Origin: an uncultured cyanobacterium
Lineage (GTDB): Bacteria; Cyanobacteriota; Cyanobacteriia; CAKZMO01
Direction: 5' to 3'
Assembly: GCA_963719515.1 (NCBI GenBank)
Contig: CAVRCJ010000003.1
Span: forward strand, 512,001-576,000
Length of the DNA: 64,000 nt
The translations under genes were made by a program, and so were the position numbers. Numbering within the stretch: position 1 is the first letter of the stretch; each line of letters opens with the position of its first letter. Shown piece after piece: positions 33,920-45,961 of this stretch. The notes below the pieces were generated by a model that was not told the DNA's origin, made no database searches, and saw nothing but the letters and a program-made list of their open reading frames with translations.

Positions 33920-34265
33920 AAGTTAAATAGGTGAGGTTGCGCCAAAGGTGAGTCAGCGAGGCACATCTCTCAGCTTAAAGCGAAGATGGACAAAAGCTTA
34001 AGCTTTGTTAAAGGCTTTGTTAGCGTCGTCAGGCTTTGATACAGGGCGCTGCGGGGACTGCTTCAGGCAAATAAGCACTATGCTAGAGCCATTATACAGT
34101 CGGCGTTTGACCCGCCGCGAAGTCCGACGAACTGCCCCACAGAAAGCTGAGATGGTTTGTAACATTGCGTTAGCTGAGGCTCGATTTATCTGAGCAACGT
34201 GTTACATTTTTTAGTATGAGGTCGTGACAATCGCCCTTCACTCTACTTAAAAATTATTTTGCTCA

Positions 34266-34934
34266 ATGTTTACTAAGCAAGTCACCGATTCAAAACCCTT
34301 CCAGTGGTTCGAGGAGCGGCTAGAGATCCAGGCGATCGCTGATGATATTTCATCTAAGTACGTCCCTCCCCACGTCAACATCTTCTACTGCTTAGGTGGC
34401 ATTACGCTAGTTTGCTTCCTAATTCAGTTTGCTACTGGCTTTCTGATGACGTTTTATTATAGGCCGACGGTTGCTGAAGCCTTTACGTCTGTTCAGTATC
34501 TGATGACCGACGTCAACTTTGGTTGGCTGATTCGCTCGATTCATCGCTGGTCTGCCAGTATGATGGTGTTGGTAATGCTTTTGCACACGTTCCGTGTCTA
34601 CCTGACGGGAGGCTTCAAAAAGCCCCGTGAGCTGACCTGGATTACCGGCGTCGTCTTAGCCGTGATTACCGTCACCTTTGGCGTTACCGGTTATTCTTTG
34701 CCTTGGGACCAGGTAGGTTACTGGGCCGTGAAGATTGTCTCCGGCGTTCCCGATGCAATTCCCGTTGTTGGGGGATTCATCGTCGAGCTGATGCGGGGTG
34801 GTGAGAGCGTGGGTCAAGCGACGCTGACGCGCTTCTATACGCTGCACACCTTCGTACTGCCCTGGGCGATCGCAGTCTTTATGCTGCTTCACTTCCTGAT
34901 GATCCGGAAGCAGGGTATTTCCGGTCCCTTGTAA
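34266..34934 (+). CDS. petB: Cytochrome b6
   Basis: [32 protein letters not shown]. Confidence 0.99.
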   Translation: MFTKQVTDSKPFQWFEERLEIQAIADDISSKYVPPHVNIFYCLGGITLVCFLIQFATGFLMTFYYRPTVAEAFTSVQYLMTDVNFGWLIRSIHRWSASMMVLVMLLHTFRVYLTGGFKKPRELTWITGVVLAVITVTFGVTGYSLPWDQVGYWAVKIVSGVPDAIPVVGGFIVELMRGGESVGQATLTRFYTLHTFVLPWAIAVFMLLHFLMIRKQGISGPL

Positions 34935-34964
34935 ACCCTTACCTTTGGAGAATTGCACCACGCT

Positions 34965-35447
34965 ATGGCAACTTTGAAAAAGCCGGATCTAAGCGATCCA
35001 CAACTGAGAGAGAAGCTCAAGCAGGGCATGGGCCACAACTACTATGGCGAGCCCGCCTGGCCCAATGACTTGCTCTACACGTTCCCTATCGTCATCTTTG
35101 GAACCATTGCCTGCTGCACCGCGCTTGCGGTTTTGGATCCGGCAATGGTGGGCGAGCCCGCTAACCCGTTTGCCACTCCTCTAGAGATTCTGCCTGAGTG
35201 GTATCTGTATCCCACCTTCCAGATTCTGCGCATCGTCCCCAACAAGCTGCTGGGGATTGGGGCAATGGCTGCTATTCCTTTGGGCATGATGCTGGTGCCT
35301 TTCATTGAAAGCGTCAACAAGTTTCAGAACCCGTTCCGCCGTCCGCTAGCAACTACGGTATTCATGTTTGGAACCATAGTCACGCTATGGCTCGGTATCG
35401 GCGCAACGTTCCCCATCGACGAATCTTTGACTCTCGGCTTGTTCTAG
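34965..35447 (+). CDS. petD: Cytochrome b6/f subunit IV
   Basis: [22 protein letters not shown] motif. Confidence 0.99.
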   Translation: MATLKKPDLSDPQLREKLKQGMGHNYYGEPAWPNDLLYTFPIVIFGTIACCTALAVLDPAMVGEPANPFATPLEILPEWYLYPTFQILRIVPNKLLGIGAMAAIPLGMMLVPFIESVNKFQNPFRRPLATTVFMFGTIVTLWLGIGATFPIDESLTLGLF

Positions 35448-35504
35448 TACTGCTGGGCGACAGCTCTACTAGGTCGGCATAGCTTAGACCACTGAGAACG
35501 TAAG

Positions 35505-35546
35505 AAGAATCCCTTTCGAGCATTTTGCCTGAGAGGGATTCTTTTT
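35505..35546 (+). terminator. Intrinsic terminator after petBD
   Basis: AAGAATCCCTTTC...GAGAGGGATTCTTTTT. Confidence 0.75.
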
Positions 35547-35682
35547 GCGTTTTCGCTGTATTTATGGCTTTAGGCCATACCGATATCCGGACGTCACGCT
35601 CATAATGGGCAGAGAACCCACCTTGATGAAGCCCAAGCAAAAGCGCTACTGTGAAAATACCGGCACGTAGGGAGTGACGCTC

Positions 35683-36063
35683 GTGAACCAAGATTTTAGA
35701 GGTCTGAGGATCAATGGGCTGCCAAAGATCAGCAATTTATTGGTCTTAATAGGCGTAATTTGGCTGTTGGGCTTGGTGGGTTTGGGATGGCTCGTCAAGT
35801 CGGTGGTTATCTTAGTTGGGCTGTTGCTGATTACGCCGGTCATCGGGTTCTGGGGACTGCGCTGGTGGCTGAAGCGCAGCTTAGTTGAGTCTCCCTGTCC
35901 GGTGTGCGGTAACGCCTTAGTGGGTCTTAAGAGTCAGGAAGTTCGCTGCCCGAATTGTCAAGAGCTGGTAATGGCAGAAGACAAGCTCTTCCAGCGGTTG
36001 ACGCCGCCCGGCACGGTGGACATCGACGCTGTAGAAGTCAGCGCTCAAGAGATTCGAGACTAG
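35683..36063 (+). CDS. Conserved cyanobacterial membrane protein with Zn-ribbon
   Basis: Two TM helices, CPVC..CPNC, PPGTVDIDAVEV end; start uncertain (35674 or 35683). Confidence 0.75.
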   Translation: MNQDFRGLRINGLPKISNLLVLIGVIWLLGLVGLGWLVKSVVILVGLLLITPVIGFWGLRWWLKRSLVESPCPVCGNALVGLKSQEVRCPNCQELVMAEDKLFQRLTPPGTVDIDAVEVSAQEIRD

Positions 36064-36250
36064 CGCTGACAAGTTGTCAGCGCGAAAATACTTTTTTTCA
36101 AGATTTTTCTTCACCGCCGTTCGGAATTGCTAACGCTCCGCTTGTGGTTGAGATAGGGGGGAACACCCCTCCCTCGAATTACGTCGCCTATTAGATCGGT
36201 TGTTTTAAGCAACCTCTAGCGTCGTGCATTTACCTACCGGAGCGTGAGTG

Positions 36251-36379
36251 ATGGCTGATAAGTACAAAGTCTGCTTTGTCTGTGAACAGGAAGAGGAAAA
36301 GAAGCCGCCAGAGCCAGAGAAACCACCCGCTTTTCTGGCCTTTGTGTTTGCCGCGCTGGTGATTTTGCTCGTTCTGTAG
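36251..36379 (+). CDS. Candidate 42-aa tail-anchored microprotein with CxxC
   Basis: MADKYKVCFVCEQEEEKKPPEPEKPPAFLAFVFAALVILLVL*; GGAG upstream. Confidence 0.55.
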   Translation: MADKYKVCFVCEQEEEKKPPEPEKPPAFLAFVFAALVILLVL

Positions 36380-36483
36380 ATGATTTAACCTTCTCTTAGC
36401 CTCCAACACCGCTTGATTTGTGGCAATCTGAGGGTAGCGATTTCCAGCGCTTACCCTCACATCGTCATACCTGCGTTTTTGTT

Positions 36484-37704
36484 ATGCAAACGTTGCCTAC
36501 GCCGACCGCATCCACCGAGCCAGCCCTGCGCACTGATACGGTAATCCATCGCCGGCAAACTCGCCCCGTGCGGGTTGGGGATATTACCATCGGCGGTAAT
36601 AACCCGGTGGTTGTCCAATCGATGATCAACGAGGATACCCTCAACATCTCCGGCTCCGTTGCGGCTATTCGGGCGCTGCACGAGGCAGGCTGTGAAATTG
36701 TTCGAGTGACGGTCCCCAGTATGGCCCATGCTAGGGCGGTGGCTGACATCAAGGCAACGCTGCGCTCGACTTATCAAGACGTACCTTTAGTGGCCGACGT
36801 GCACCACAACGGCATGAAGATTGCGCTAGAGGTGGCCAAGCACGTAGACAAGGTGCGCATCAATCCCGGTCTCTATGTCTTTGAGAAGCCTAAGAGCGAT
36901 CGCGATGAGTTCACTCAAAGCGAGTTCGACGATATTGGCGATCGCATCCGTGACACCCTAGAGCCTCTGGTGCGCTCCCTGAAAGCGCAGGACAAAGCCA
37001 TGCGCATCGGCGTCAACCATGGCTCCCTATCCGAGCGGATGCTGTTTACCTACGGCGACACGCCAGAGGGCATGGTGCAGTCGGCTGTTGAGTTTATCCA
37101 GATTTGCGAGTCTTTGGACTATCAAAATCTCGTTATTTCCCTCAAAGCCTCCCGAGTACCGGTAATGCTGGCGGCCTACCGCCTCATGGTGCAGCGGATG
37201 AATGGGCTAGGAATGGCCTATCCGCTCCACCTCGGCGTCACGGAGGCGGGAGACGGGGAGTACGGACGCATCAAGTCTACCGCCGGGATTGGCACCCTGC
37301 TAGCCCAGGGTATCGGCGATACGATTCGCGTTTCCCTCACGGAAAATCCCATCAAAGAAATTCCGGTCTGCTACAGCATTTTGCAGGCCTTAGGGCTGCG
37401 CAAGACTATGGTAGAGTACGTCGCCTGCCCCTCTTGCGGGCGGACGCTCTTTAACCTGGAAGAGGTGCTCCACAAAGTTCGCTCCGCCACCGACCACCTG
37501 ACGGGACTTGACATCGCCGTGATGGGCTGCATCGTCAACGGACCTGGGGAGATGGCTGACGCGGACTACGGCTACGTGGGGAAACAGCCCGGCTTCATCT
37601 CTCTATATCGGGGGCGAGACGAAATCAAGAAGGTGCCCGAGAGCGATGGCGTTGCTGAACTCATCAATCTAATTAAGGCGGACGGACGCTGGGTTGACCC
37701 GTAG
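36484..37704 (+). CDS. ispG: (E)-4-hydroxy-3-methylbut-2-enyl-diphosphate synthase
   Basis: [39 protein letters not shown]. Confidence 0.97.
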   Translation: MQTLPTPTASTEPALRTDTVIHRRQTRPVRVGDITIGGNNPVVVQSMINEDTLNISGSVAAIRALHEAGCEIVRVTVPSMAHARAVADIKATLRSTYQDVPLVADVHHNGMKIALEVAKHVDKVRINPGLYVFEKPKSDRDEFTQSEFDDIGDRIRDTLEPLVRSLKAQDKAMRIGVNHGSLSERMLFTYGDTPEGMVQSAVEFIQICESLDYQNLVISLKASRVPVMLAAYRLMVQRMNGLGMAYPLHLGVTEAGDGEYGRIKSTAGIGTLLAQGIGDTIRVSLTENPIKEIPVCYSILQALGLRKTMVEYVACPSCGRTLFNLEEVLHKVRSATDHLTGLDIAVMGCIVNGPGEMADADYGYVGKQPGFISLYRGRDEIKKVPESDGVAELINLIKADGRWVDP

Positions 37705-37818
37705 GGTGTTGAAGTGCTGCGCCGTTACCCGCTTCTAGGGGTGACTTTGCTTCTTCGCTCCAACTCCCATGTGCTAGTGTGGGAGTACTCTCACACCCTC
37801 CAGCCTCATACTCATCCT

Positions 37819-39102
37819 ATGACTTTGATCAAGCGTGGACTTGTCTTGGGTTCAACTGTTCTTGCTGTAGCAGCAGTAGCGACAGTGTCGGTTAATCTTT
37901 ATCCCAAAACACAGGCTTTTCTTCAAGACAGTCCAAAGGACGTCGTAGATGAAGTTTGGCAGCTGGTCGATCGCACCTACGTAGATGCGACGTTTAACCA
38001 AACGGACTGGCAAGCGATTCGGTCAGATTACCTCGACCGCAGCTATACGGACAGCGAATCTGCCTACATCGCGATTCGCGAGATGCTCGATACTCTGGGC
38101 GATCCCTATACGCGCTTCATGGATCCTCAAGAGTTTCGCAATATGCAGATCGACACCTCTGGTGAGCTGACCGGCATCGGCATCCAGATTACCCAGGATG
38201 AAGAGACCAACAAGCTGACGGTGGTCGCTCCCATAGAAGATACCCCGGCGTTCGAGGCCGGCATCGTTTCTGGAGACATTATCACTCGCATTGATGACAC
38301 CGACACCACGGGAATGGATATCAGCGACGCCGTCAACCTGATTCGTGGTCCCGTCAACTCTGAGGTCAAGCTCACTATCCTTCGAGAGGAGCAAGAGCTT
38401 GTCGTTCCTATCACTCGCGCCCGAATCGAGATTCACCCCGTGCGCTACGAATCTCGAGTCGAAGAGGGCGTAGGCAAGATCGGCTACATCAGGCTGACGC
38501 AGTTTAGCGCTAACGCCGCCGATGAGATGCGCGACGCAATTCGGGCCTTGGAGCAAGAGAGCGTAGGCTCCTATATTCTAGACTTACGCTCCAATCCTGG
38601 CGGTTTGCTGTACTCCAGCATCGATATTGCCCGCATGTGGCTAGAAGAGGGCGTGATTGTCTCAACGGTCAATCGGCAGGGCCTAACAGACCGCCAAGAG
38701 GCTATTGGAGATGCGCTGACCGACAAGCCTCTGGTTATCTTGGTAGATGGCGGCTCGGCAAGCGCCAGCGAGATTCTCTCGGGAGCGCTCCAGGATAACG
38801 ATCGGGCTGATTTGGTGGGAACTCAGACGTTTGGTAAAGGACTGGTCCAGTCGGTGCGCCCCCTAGGAGATGGGTCTGGTCTAGCGATTACTGTCGCCAA
38901 ATATCTGACGCCTAGCGGAGTTGACATTAACGAGGCCGGTATTGCCCCCGACATCGTCGTCGAGCTCACCGAAGACGAGCGCGAGCAGCTTCGCGGCGAT
39001 CGCACGCTCATCGGCACCTCAGGTGACCCCCAGTACGTACAGGCTATCGACCTGCTCACCCAGCCCAGCCCTAACACTGCCGCAGTCCCAGTTCCGCAAT
39101 AG
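37819..39102 (+). CDS. ctpB: Carboxyl-terminal processing protease (CtpB/CtpC type)
   Basis: DSPKDVVDEVWQ, DLRSNPGG, SASASEI, TFGKG; assignment to CtpB versus CtpC uncertain. Confidence 0.8.
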   Translation: MTLIKRGLVLGSTVLAVAAVATVSVNLYPKTQAFLQDSPKDVVDEVWQLVDRTYVDATFNQTDWQAIRSDYLDRSYTDSESAYIAIREMLDTLGDPYTRFMDPQEFRNMQIDTSGELTGIGIQITQDEETNKLTVVAPIEDTPAFEAGIVSGDIITRIDDTDTTGMDISDAVNLIRGPVNSEVKLTILREEQELVVPITRARIEIHPVRYESRVEEGVGKIGYIRLTQFSANAADEMRDAIRALEQESVGSYILDLRSNPGGLLYSSIDIARMWLEEGVIVSTVNRQGLTDRQEAIGDALTDKPLVILVDGGSASASEILSGALQDNDRADLVGTQTFGKGLVQSVRPLGDGSGLAITVAKYLTPSGVDINEAGIAPDIVVELTEDEREQLRGDRTLIGTSGDPQYVQAIDLLTQPSPNTAAVPVPQ

Positions 39103-39106
39103 CCGC

Positions 39107-39544
39107 ATGTCCTCACTACGTCGCTCTCTTCCAGTTTTTTGCACAGGGTTGTGTCTGGCGGGTCTAGTCAGCTGCAGTAGCGGAAAAGTAGACCAGTGTA
39201 ATCAGCTTATCGGGGTTGCTAACCAAGCGGTAACCGATGTTGAGTCCGTGACCAACGACTCAGCCCCCAGAGACACCAACACGTTTTCGGCTATCACAGA
39301 CGCGGCTCAGCAGGCAGCCGCTCAGCTAGAGGCTATCGATCTCACCGACGAGCAGCTCCAAAGCTACCGGCAGCGGTTCATCAAGCTCTACAGCGAAACA
39401 GGAAAAGCAACCGAGCAGCTTGTTGCTGCAGTCGAGGAGCAGAATCTACCGGCAGCAGAGGAAGCCTACAACGACTTAGAATCTGCAACTAACCAAGAAC
39501 AGCCTCTGGTCGAAGAGATCAATCAGTACTGTCAGTCGTCCTGA
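39107..39544 (+). CDS. Hypothetical lipoprotein (helical)
   Basis: Lipobox LVSC; KVDQCNQLI...INQYC. Confidence 0.7.
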   Translation: MSSLRRSLPVFCTGLCLAGLVSCSSGKVDQCNQLIGVANQAVTDVESVTNDSAPRDTNTFSAITDAAQQAAAQLEAIDLTDEQLQSYRQRFIKLYSETGKATEQLVAAVEEQNLPAAEEAYNDLESATNQEQPLVEEINQYCQSS

Positions 39545-39620
39545 CGCTAGCCCAAGTTTGACTACTTGACCTTAACGCCTTGGCAGTCTGGCCCCAGCAG
39601 CCTATAGCGATTCGCAATCA

Positions 39621-40706
<1,086 letters not shown>

Positions 40707-41036
40707 TTAGACCAGCTTGGATTATCTGAGGTAACTTTCTGAAGAAAATCACTACATTTCGGCGGTATCTTGAGCGTTATTCGAAGATTAACTTTCAGAT
40801 GTACGCCAATTATAGTTTTAATTTTGACGAATTATAATTACGGGTCAGAATTGACGTTGCGGCTCGGGTCTTTTTTTTGACAGACTTATCCTAGCTGTAG
40901 GATATGACCTGACTTTTTGACTATAGAGACCGAGACCAATTTCTGGGTCTAGCCATTGAGCCCAGATATTGAGCCCAGACTTCAGGATCTAACGCAGCAT
41001 ATTCGATGCAATGACCCTCACCAACCAAAACTAGAG

Positions 41037-41339
41037 ATGCTTTCTGAAACCTACTATATGCTGCGCGCCCGTCAAACTGGCCACTACCTCTCGGCTCGTC
41101 CGAGCTTCTCCGCAGCGGGAGCTGACGAGCCTGGCTACGTGCTGCTGTTTGAAGAGCACGCCGATGCCCTGAGCTATCTCAACGCTCATGCTGCGGATGC
41201 AGCGCCGCGTCTTGCTGTCGAATCTATCGGGTCGCCCCAGCTCAAAGATATTATGGCGCGATGGAACTTTGGAGGTGTTGCACGGGTTAAGGACCCCTTA
41301 GTACCGGAGATTGACTTTATGACGTCGGTCGACGCATAG
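41037..41339 (+). CDS. Conserved cyanobacterial hypothetical protein
   Basis: MLSETYYMLR...YVLLFEEHADALSYLNAHA...VKDPLVPEIDF. Confidence 0.7.
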   Translation: MLSETYYMLRARQTGHYLSARPSFSAAGADEPGYVLLFEEHADALSYLNAHAADAAPRLAVESIGSPQLKDIMARWNFGGVARVKDPLVPEIDFMTSVDA

Positions 41340-41416
41340 CGATTGCCCTAGCCATCGCTTTAGGGTACGGGTCTTGAGATAAAATACTGGCGCTCTTGTA
41401 TAGTCTCTGGTGATCT

Positions 41417-42490
41417 ATGACCCGCTATCGAATTACACTGCTGCCCGGCGACGGCATTGGTCCCGAAATAATGGCTGTCGCCGTCGATATTTTGAAAGCT
41501 ATCGGCGGGCAGCACGCGCTGGAATTTGAGTTCAAGTCAGTCCCTATTGGGGGCGTTGCCCTTGACGAGACAGGGCATCCCCTGCCTGACGAGACGCTCG
41601 AAGCCTGTCGCCAAAGCGACGCGGTGTTGCTAGCGGCAATTGGAGGCCCGAAGTGGGACGTTTTGCCCAACGATCGCCGCCCTGAGCGAGGGCTTCTGGG
41701 TTTGCGGGCTGGGCTCAGCCTGTTTGCCAACCTGCGCCCGGCTCAAATTCTGCCCCAGCTTATCGATGCTTCTACCTTAAAGCGAGAGGTGGTTGAAGGC
41801 GTGGATATCATGGTGGTGCGTGAGCTGACGGGAGGAATTTACTTCGGCCAACCTAAGGGGATCTTTGAGTCAGAAGGCGGGCAGCGGGGCGTAAATACTA
41901 TGGCCTACAGTACAGCTGAAATTGACCGCATTGGTCGCGTTGCCTTTGAGACCGCCCAAAAGCGCCAGGGGCGACTGTGCTCAGTGGATAAGGCCAACGT
42001 GCTCGAGGTGTCGCAGCTGTGGCGCGATCGCATCACGGCAATGGCCGCAGACTACTCCGACGTCGAGCTAAGCCATCTGTACGTTGATAACGCCGCCATG
42101 CAGCTGGTGCGCGCGCCCAAGCAGTTCGACACCATCGTTACGGGCAACCTATTTGGCGATATCCTCTCCGACGCCGCCGCTATGCTCACGGGCAGCATCG
42201 GCATGCTGCCGTCAGCCAGCCTAGGCTCAAATGGCCCCGGCGTTTTCGAGCCTGTCCACGGGTCTGCTCCAGACATTGCCGGACAAGATAAAGCTAATCC
42301 CATGGCCCAGGTGCTGAGCGCGGCTATGATGCTGCGCTACGGCCTCAATGAGCCCCAGGCGGCGGACCAAATTGAGGCAGCGGTGCAAAAAGTGCTGGAC
42401 CAGGGCGATCGCACAGGAGACATCATGTCGCCGGGGATGAATCTGTTGGGGTGCAAGGCGATGGGAGAGGCGCTGTTGGCGGCGCTATAG
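41417..42490 (+). CDS. leuB: 3-isopropylmalate dehydrogenase
   Basis: [33 protein letters not shown]. Confidence 0.97.
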   Translation: MTRYRITLLPGDGIGPEIMAVAVDILKAIGGQHALEFEFKSVPIGGVALDETGHPLPDETLEACRQSDAVLLAAIGGPKWDVLPNDRRPERGLLGLRAGLSLFANLRPAQILPQLIDASTLKREVVEGVDIMVVRELTGGIYFGQPKGIFESEGGQRGVNTMAYSTAEIDRIGRVAFETAQKRQGRLCSVDKANVLEVSQLWRDRITAMAADYSDVELSHLYVDNAAMQLVRAPKQFDTIVTGNLFGDILSDAAAMLTGSIGMLPSASLGSNGPGVFEPVHGSAPDIAGQDKANPMAQVLSAAMMLRYGLNEPQAADQIEAAVQKVLDQGDRTGDIMSPGMNLLGCKAMGEALLAAL

Positions 42491-42560
42491 CCCCACCAAT
42501 ATGAGTGTGGAAGCAAATTCAGTACACTGGACGTAGATGACCATTGCCCAGTGACACAGT

Positions 42561-43250
42561 ATGCTGTCAGCCACAAATCAGCCGCTCCCTAGCTCTGCTG
42601 AGCTGCCCTGCTCGGACGATATTCCTGTGGATAATGAGGATCAGAATTTACTGCCCAATTTGCTGCTGCTGCTGCTGACCCACCTGTGGTCAGACCGAAT
42701 GGATTGGTACTTTGGCGTCGATATGGGGGTGTATCACACCACTGGGGTCAATCCTCGGGTGCCGGTGGTGCCAGATGCATTTTTGAGCTTGGGGGTGGAG
42801 CGTCAGAAGGGCGGTAAGTCTCGGCGCAGCTATGTGACCTGGGAAGAAAGGGGCATTCCGCCAATTTTTGTGTTGGAGATGGTCTCCCACCAGCCGGGGA
42901 ATGAGTATACAGAGAAGATGGCGCTCTATGCTCGACTAGGAGTGCTGTATTACTTGGTGTACAACTCTGAGTTCTGGAAACGGGACCGACATCAGCCGTT
43001 TGAGGTCTATAAGCTGATGAATGGGGTCTACCAGCTGCAAATTGGGGAGCCGTTTTGGATGCCGGAGGTGGGGCTAGGGGTTGGGCGCTACCAGGGGCAG
43101 GTGGGCGGCCTATCGCGAGAGATGTTGACCTGGTTTGATGCGCAGGGACAGCGGCATTTGGGTGCGGCGGAGCAGGAGCGGCGGCGGGTGGAGCGGCTGG
43201 AGGCGTATTTGAGGGCGCAGGGGGTGGACCCAGATGCGCTGCCAGAGTAA
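42561..43250 (+). CDS. Uma2 (DUF820) family endonuclease-like protein
   Basis: LPCSDDIPVDNEDQ, VPDAFLSLG, FVLEMVS...EK. Confidence 0.9.
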   Translation: MLSATNQPLPSSAELPCSDDIPVDNEDQNLLPNLLLLLLTHLWSDRMDWYFGVDMGVYHTTGVNPRVPVVPDAFLSLGVERQKGGKSRRSYVTWEERGIPPIFVLEMVSHQPGNEYTEKMALYARLGVLYYLVYNSEFWKRDRHQPFEVYKLMNGVYQLQIGEPFWMPEVGLGVGRYQGQVGGLSREMLTWFDAQGQRHLGAAEQERRRVERLEAYLRAQGVDPDALPE

Positions 43251-43356
43251 GCGATCGCCGTAACCCTAATTATTCCCTGGCAATTGGAGAGCGGAAGGTT
43301 GCCGATTTGATGAGACTGGACGTACCGTATAGCTATGCCAGAGAAAATTAGGGCTG

Positions 43357-43618
43357 ATGGCGAATCCCCAAGCACGTTCCGGCTCCTGTCCATTTATTGC
43401 CGGTCCCCGAATTGAAGAGCCAGCCCGGTTTGTGGGCCGCAAGGATGAATTGCGGCTTTTAGTCAGCAGCCGACAGCGCTGATAGGCGATCGCTCAAACG
43501 ACTGGTACAGGAGCGAGAGATTTTGCAGCGGACGGAGACCGGGTTTGGTTTCCAGGTGCCGCTGTTTGAACTGTATGTGCGATCGTGCTATGACTTTGAC
43601 GATATCCCACCGACATAG
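43357..43618 (+). pseudogene. Internally deleted AAA/STAND-type ATPase remnant
   Basis: N-terminal CPFIAGPRIEEPARFVGRKDEL joined out of frame to C-terminal LKRLVQEREIL...GFGFQVPLFELYV; P-loop missing. Confidence 0.6.
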
Positions 43619-43682
43619 AGAACACTGTGGCAACAAGGCTAGTGCTATAGCGACCACCGCCGCCCGACATCACACAGACCCA

Positions 43683-45878
43683 CTACCCCAGCAGCGCGAT
43701 CGCCCGCTTCTTCAGCGCCTCCGCCGTAATCCCGTTGAGGTCCATCAGCAGCGCCGCGCTATTGGTGGTCTCGCCCCGCTTCCAGGCAAAGGTGTCCCGA
43801 GGGGCATTCGATCGCAGCATCACGGGCTCCAGCATCGTGCTGGCGCCGCCCGTCACCGCAACTACGGCATCGCCACCGAACAGCCGCTCGAATCCGGCGT
43901 CATCTAAAAAGCCGTCATCGGGCTCCGAACAGGTTTCCCAGGCCACGTCGGAGGGGCGATACAGCCGCCGAGGGCTGACCACTGAAACAATTCGGGTGCC
44001 AATGCCCTCCTGCTCCAGGATGGCGGCGGCGTCAAACACCGGCAGCAGCACCATGTCCCCCAGCACCGCAAACACCACCGTTTTGCTGCCCTCAGATTCG
44101 TACAGCGTCACCCCGCCGTCCTGCAGCGCTTGCTGGGTCTGCTCGAAGGTGGTGCGTACCGGTAGGGGAGACTTGCTGGCGGTGATGGTGACGCCCTTAT
44201 TCCGAGCCTCCAGCGCCCAGGCGTAGCAGGCCTGGATACTGTTGGCGTCGGTGGGGAAAAGCGGGAATATATTGCCGTTGCGCATCATCGCCGCCAGGTA
44301 GGCCTCGATCTCCGGGCGCTGATGGGTCCAGCCGTTGCGGCCCTGCTCTAGCGCCCCAGCCGTAAATAGGGTCACCGTGGCAGGGGTAGTGCGCCGCAGC
44401 TCGGCCATGGCCTGGGTTACCGTCTGCCAAATGGGCAAGCCATTGATGGCGAAAGACTCGTAGGAGCACCACAGGGTCCGTCCCCCCATCAGGCATAGCC
44501 CCGCTGCCATCCCGGAGCAGGCGTCTTCGCTCAAGGGCTCGTAGACCTGGCCCTGAGGTCCCTGGTTATAGAGCTCATCTGCTGTAGGATGCAGCACCTT
44601 CAGCGCCTGGTTGATATTTTTGATGCCTGAGGCCTCATTGCCGTCGGCGTTGGTTACCAAAAAGCTGCTGTCCTGCTGCCCTACGTAGGCGACAAGCTGA
44701 CCCATGGCCGTAGTGGCCACTTTGCGATCGCCTTCTACCGGATACTCCTCAAGAGGAAGCTTCCCTAAATCGGGCAGCGATCGCGCTGTCTCGGTGACGG
44801 CGACCTTAGCGGCAGGTCCGCCTCCGGCACGGACGCAGTTAGTGCGCACCAAATCCCAAGCCTCTGGGGACAGCGCGCGCGTTTTGAGGGCGTTGACGAG
44901 GTCTATGTTCTCAAGGGTATGAAAAGCATAGAGATTGTGGGATTTTGACCCCTGGGCGTGGGTGCCTGCCCCCTTGAGCTGCTTGATAATGAGTACGGTG
45001 AGGGTGCCGCCTAGGGCAGCCTGCGCGGCCTCCTGAGCCGCCATCAACATGGCTTTGGTAAAGGCGATGCGGCGATCGATAGAAAAGAGAGTGCTGTCAA
45101 CGTAGTCCCCCGGCTGATCTTGGTCATCAAAGCTCTTGGCGTCGACCAAAATCACTTTGTCAAACCCGTTGCCCAGCCAGTATTCCTCCATGGCGGCGCT
45201 GCTCATCGTGGAGACCATGCTGTGGTGCTCCTGGGAGTAACCGTTCCATACGAGCACCGGCAAAAAGTTGGTTACTTTAGGGAAAGCCGTGTGGAAGTGG
45301 GCCATGGCGCTCATGACGTAGGGCTCACCCAACCCCCCGTCGCCCACGGTGAAGGGAAATAGGGTGCCCTGGTTGAGCAGGGCCGCCGACATGGCAAAGT
45401 GCTGTCCTTGCCCTAAAGGACCGGCGGGGGAAAGGATGCCGGGGACGTAGCCCGATAGGTGTCCCAGCAGGCCGTGCAGCTCGCGGAAGCGATCGCGCAC
45501 TTCCTGCACGGTGTAGATTCCCATGTCCTCTAGAGAACGATCGAGGAACATGGCGCTGTAAAAGCCGGGCGCGTGGTGCCCCACCTCAGTCAAAATATTT
45601 TTATGGCCCAGCATTACCAGCGCGGCGTAGGCCTCGGCCTGGCTAGCAAAGCCGCCGGGATGCCCCGAAGCTTTACTGCCCGTAACCTGGAGCGTCAAGT
45701 AGCGCAGGGCGTCGGCATACAGCAGGGTTTGGTAGGCCGCCGTGTCATCCTCGGGGTTGGCGATCGCCGTCGCCCCCTCCGAGATCACCGGCGATTGTCC
45801 ATGTCGCTCGTAGCCAGCGGGGGGATCGCCGAAATACTGAATGCCTTCCCAAAAGGCGGGCCGGGTGACAGCCGTCAT
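43683..45878 (-). CDS. Phosphoketolase-family TPP enzyme
   Basis: SGHPGG, GPLGQG, GDGGLGE TPP motif, NGWTHQRPE. Confidence 0.88.
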   Translation of the reverse strand: MTAVTRPAFWEGIQYFGDPPAGYERHGQSPVISEGATAIANPEDDTAAYQTLLYADALRYLTLQVTGSKASGHPGGFASQAEAYAALVMLGHKNILTEVGHHAPGFYSAMFLDRSLEDMGIYTVQEVRDRFRELHGLLGHLSGYVPGILSPAGPLGQGQHFAMSAALLNQGTLFPFTVGDGGLGEPYVMSAMAHFHTAFPKVTNFLPVLVWNGYSQEHHSMVSTMSSAAMEEYWLGNGFDKVILVDAKSFDDQDQPGDYVDSTLFSIDRRIAFTKAMLMAAQEAAQAALGGTLTVLIIKQLKGAGTHAQGSKSHNLYAFHTLENIDLVNALKTRALSPEAWDLVRTNCVRAGGGPAAKVAVTETARSLPDLGKLPLEEYPVEGDRKVATTAMGQLVAYVGQQDSSFLVTNADGNEASGIKNINQALKVLHPTADELYNQGPQGQVYEPLSEDACSGMAAGLCLMGGRTLWCSYESFAINGLPIWQTVTQAMAELRRTTPATVTLFTAGALEQGRNGWTHQRPEIEAYLAAMMRNGNIFPLFPTDANSIQACYAWALEARNKGVTITASKSPLPVRTTFEQTQQALQDGGVTLYESEGSKTVVFAVLGDMVLLPVFDAAAILEQEGIGTRIVSVVSPRRLYRPSDVAWETCSEPDDGFLDDAGFERLFGGDAVVAVTGGASTMLEPVMLRSNAPRDTFAWKRGETTNSAALLMDLNGITAEALKKRAIALLG

Positions 45879-45961
45879 GAATCAAATCCTCGCTTGTAGC
45901 CTGGGTGACGTAGCTCGTGTAGGGAAGCGTTGCAGCTGATATCCCTTAAGCGATCCTACCG

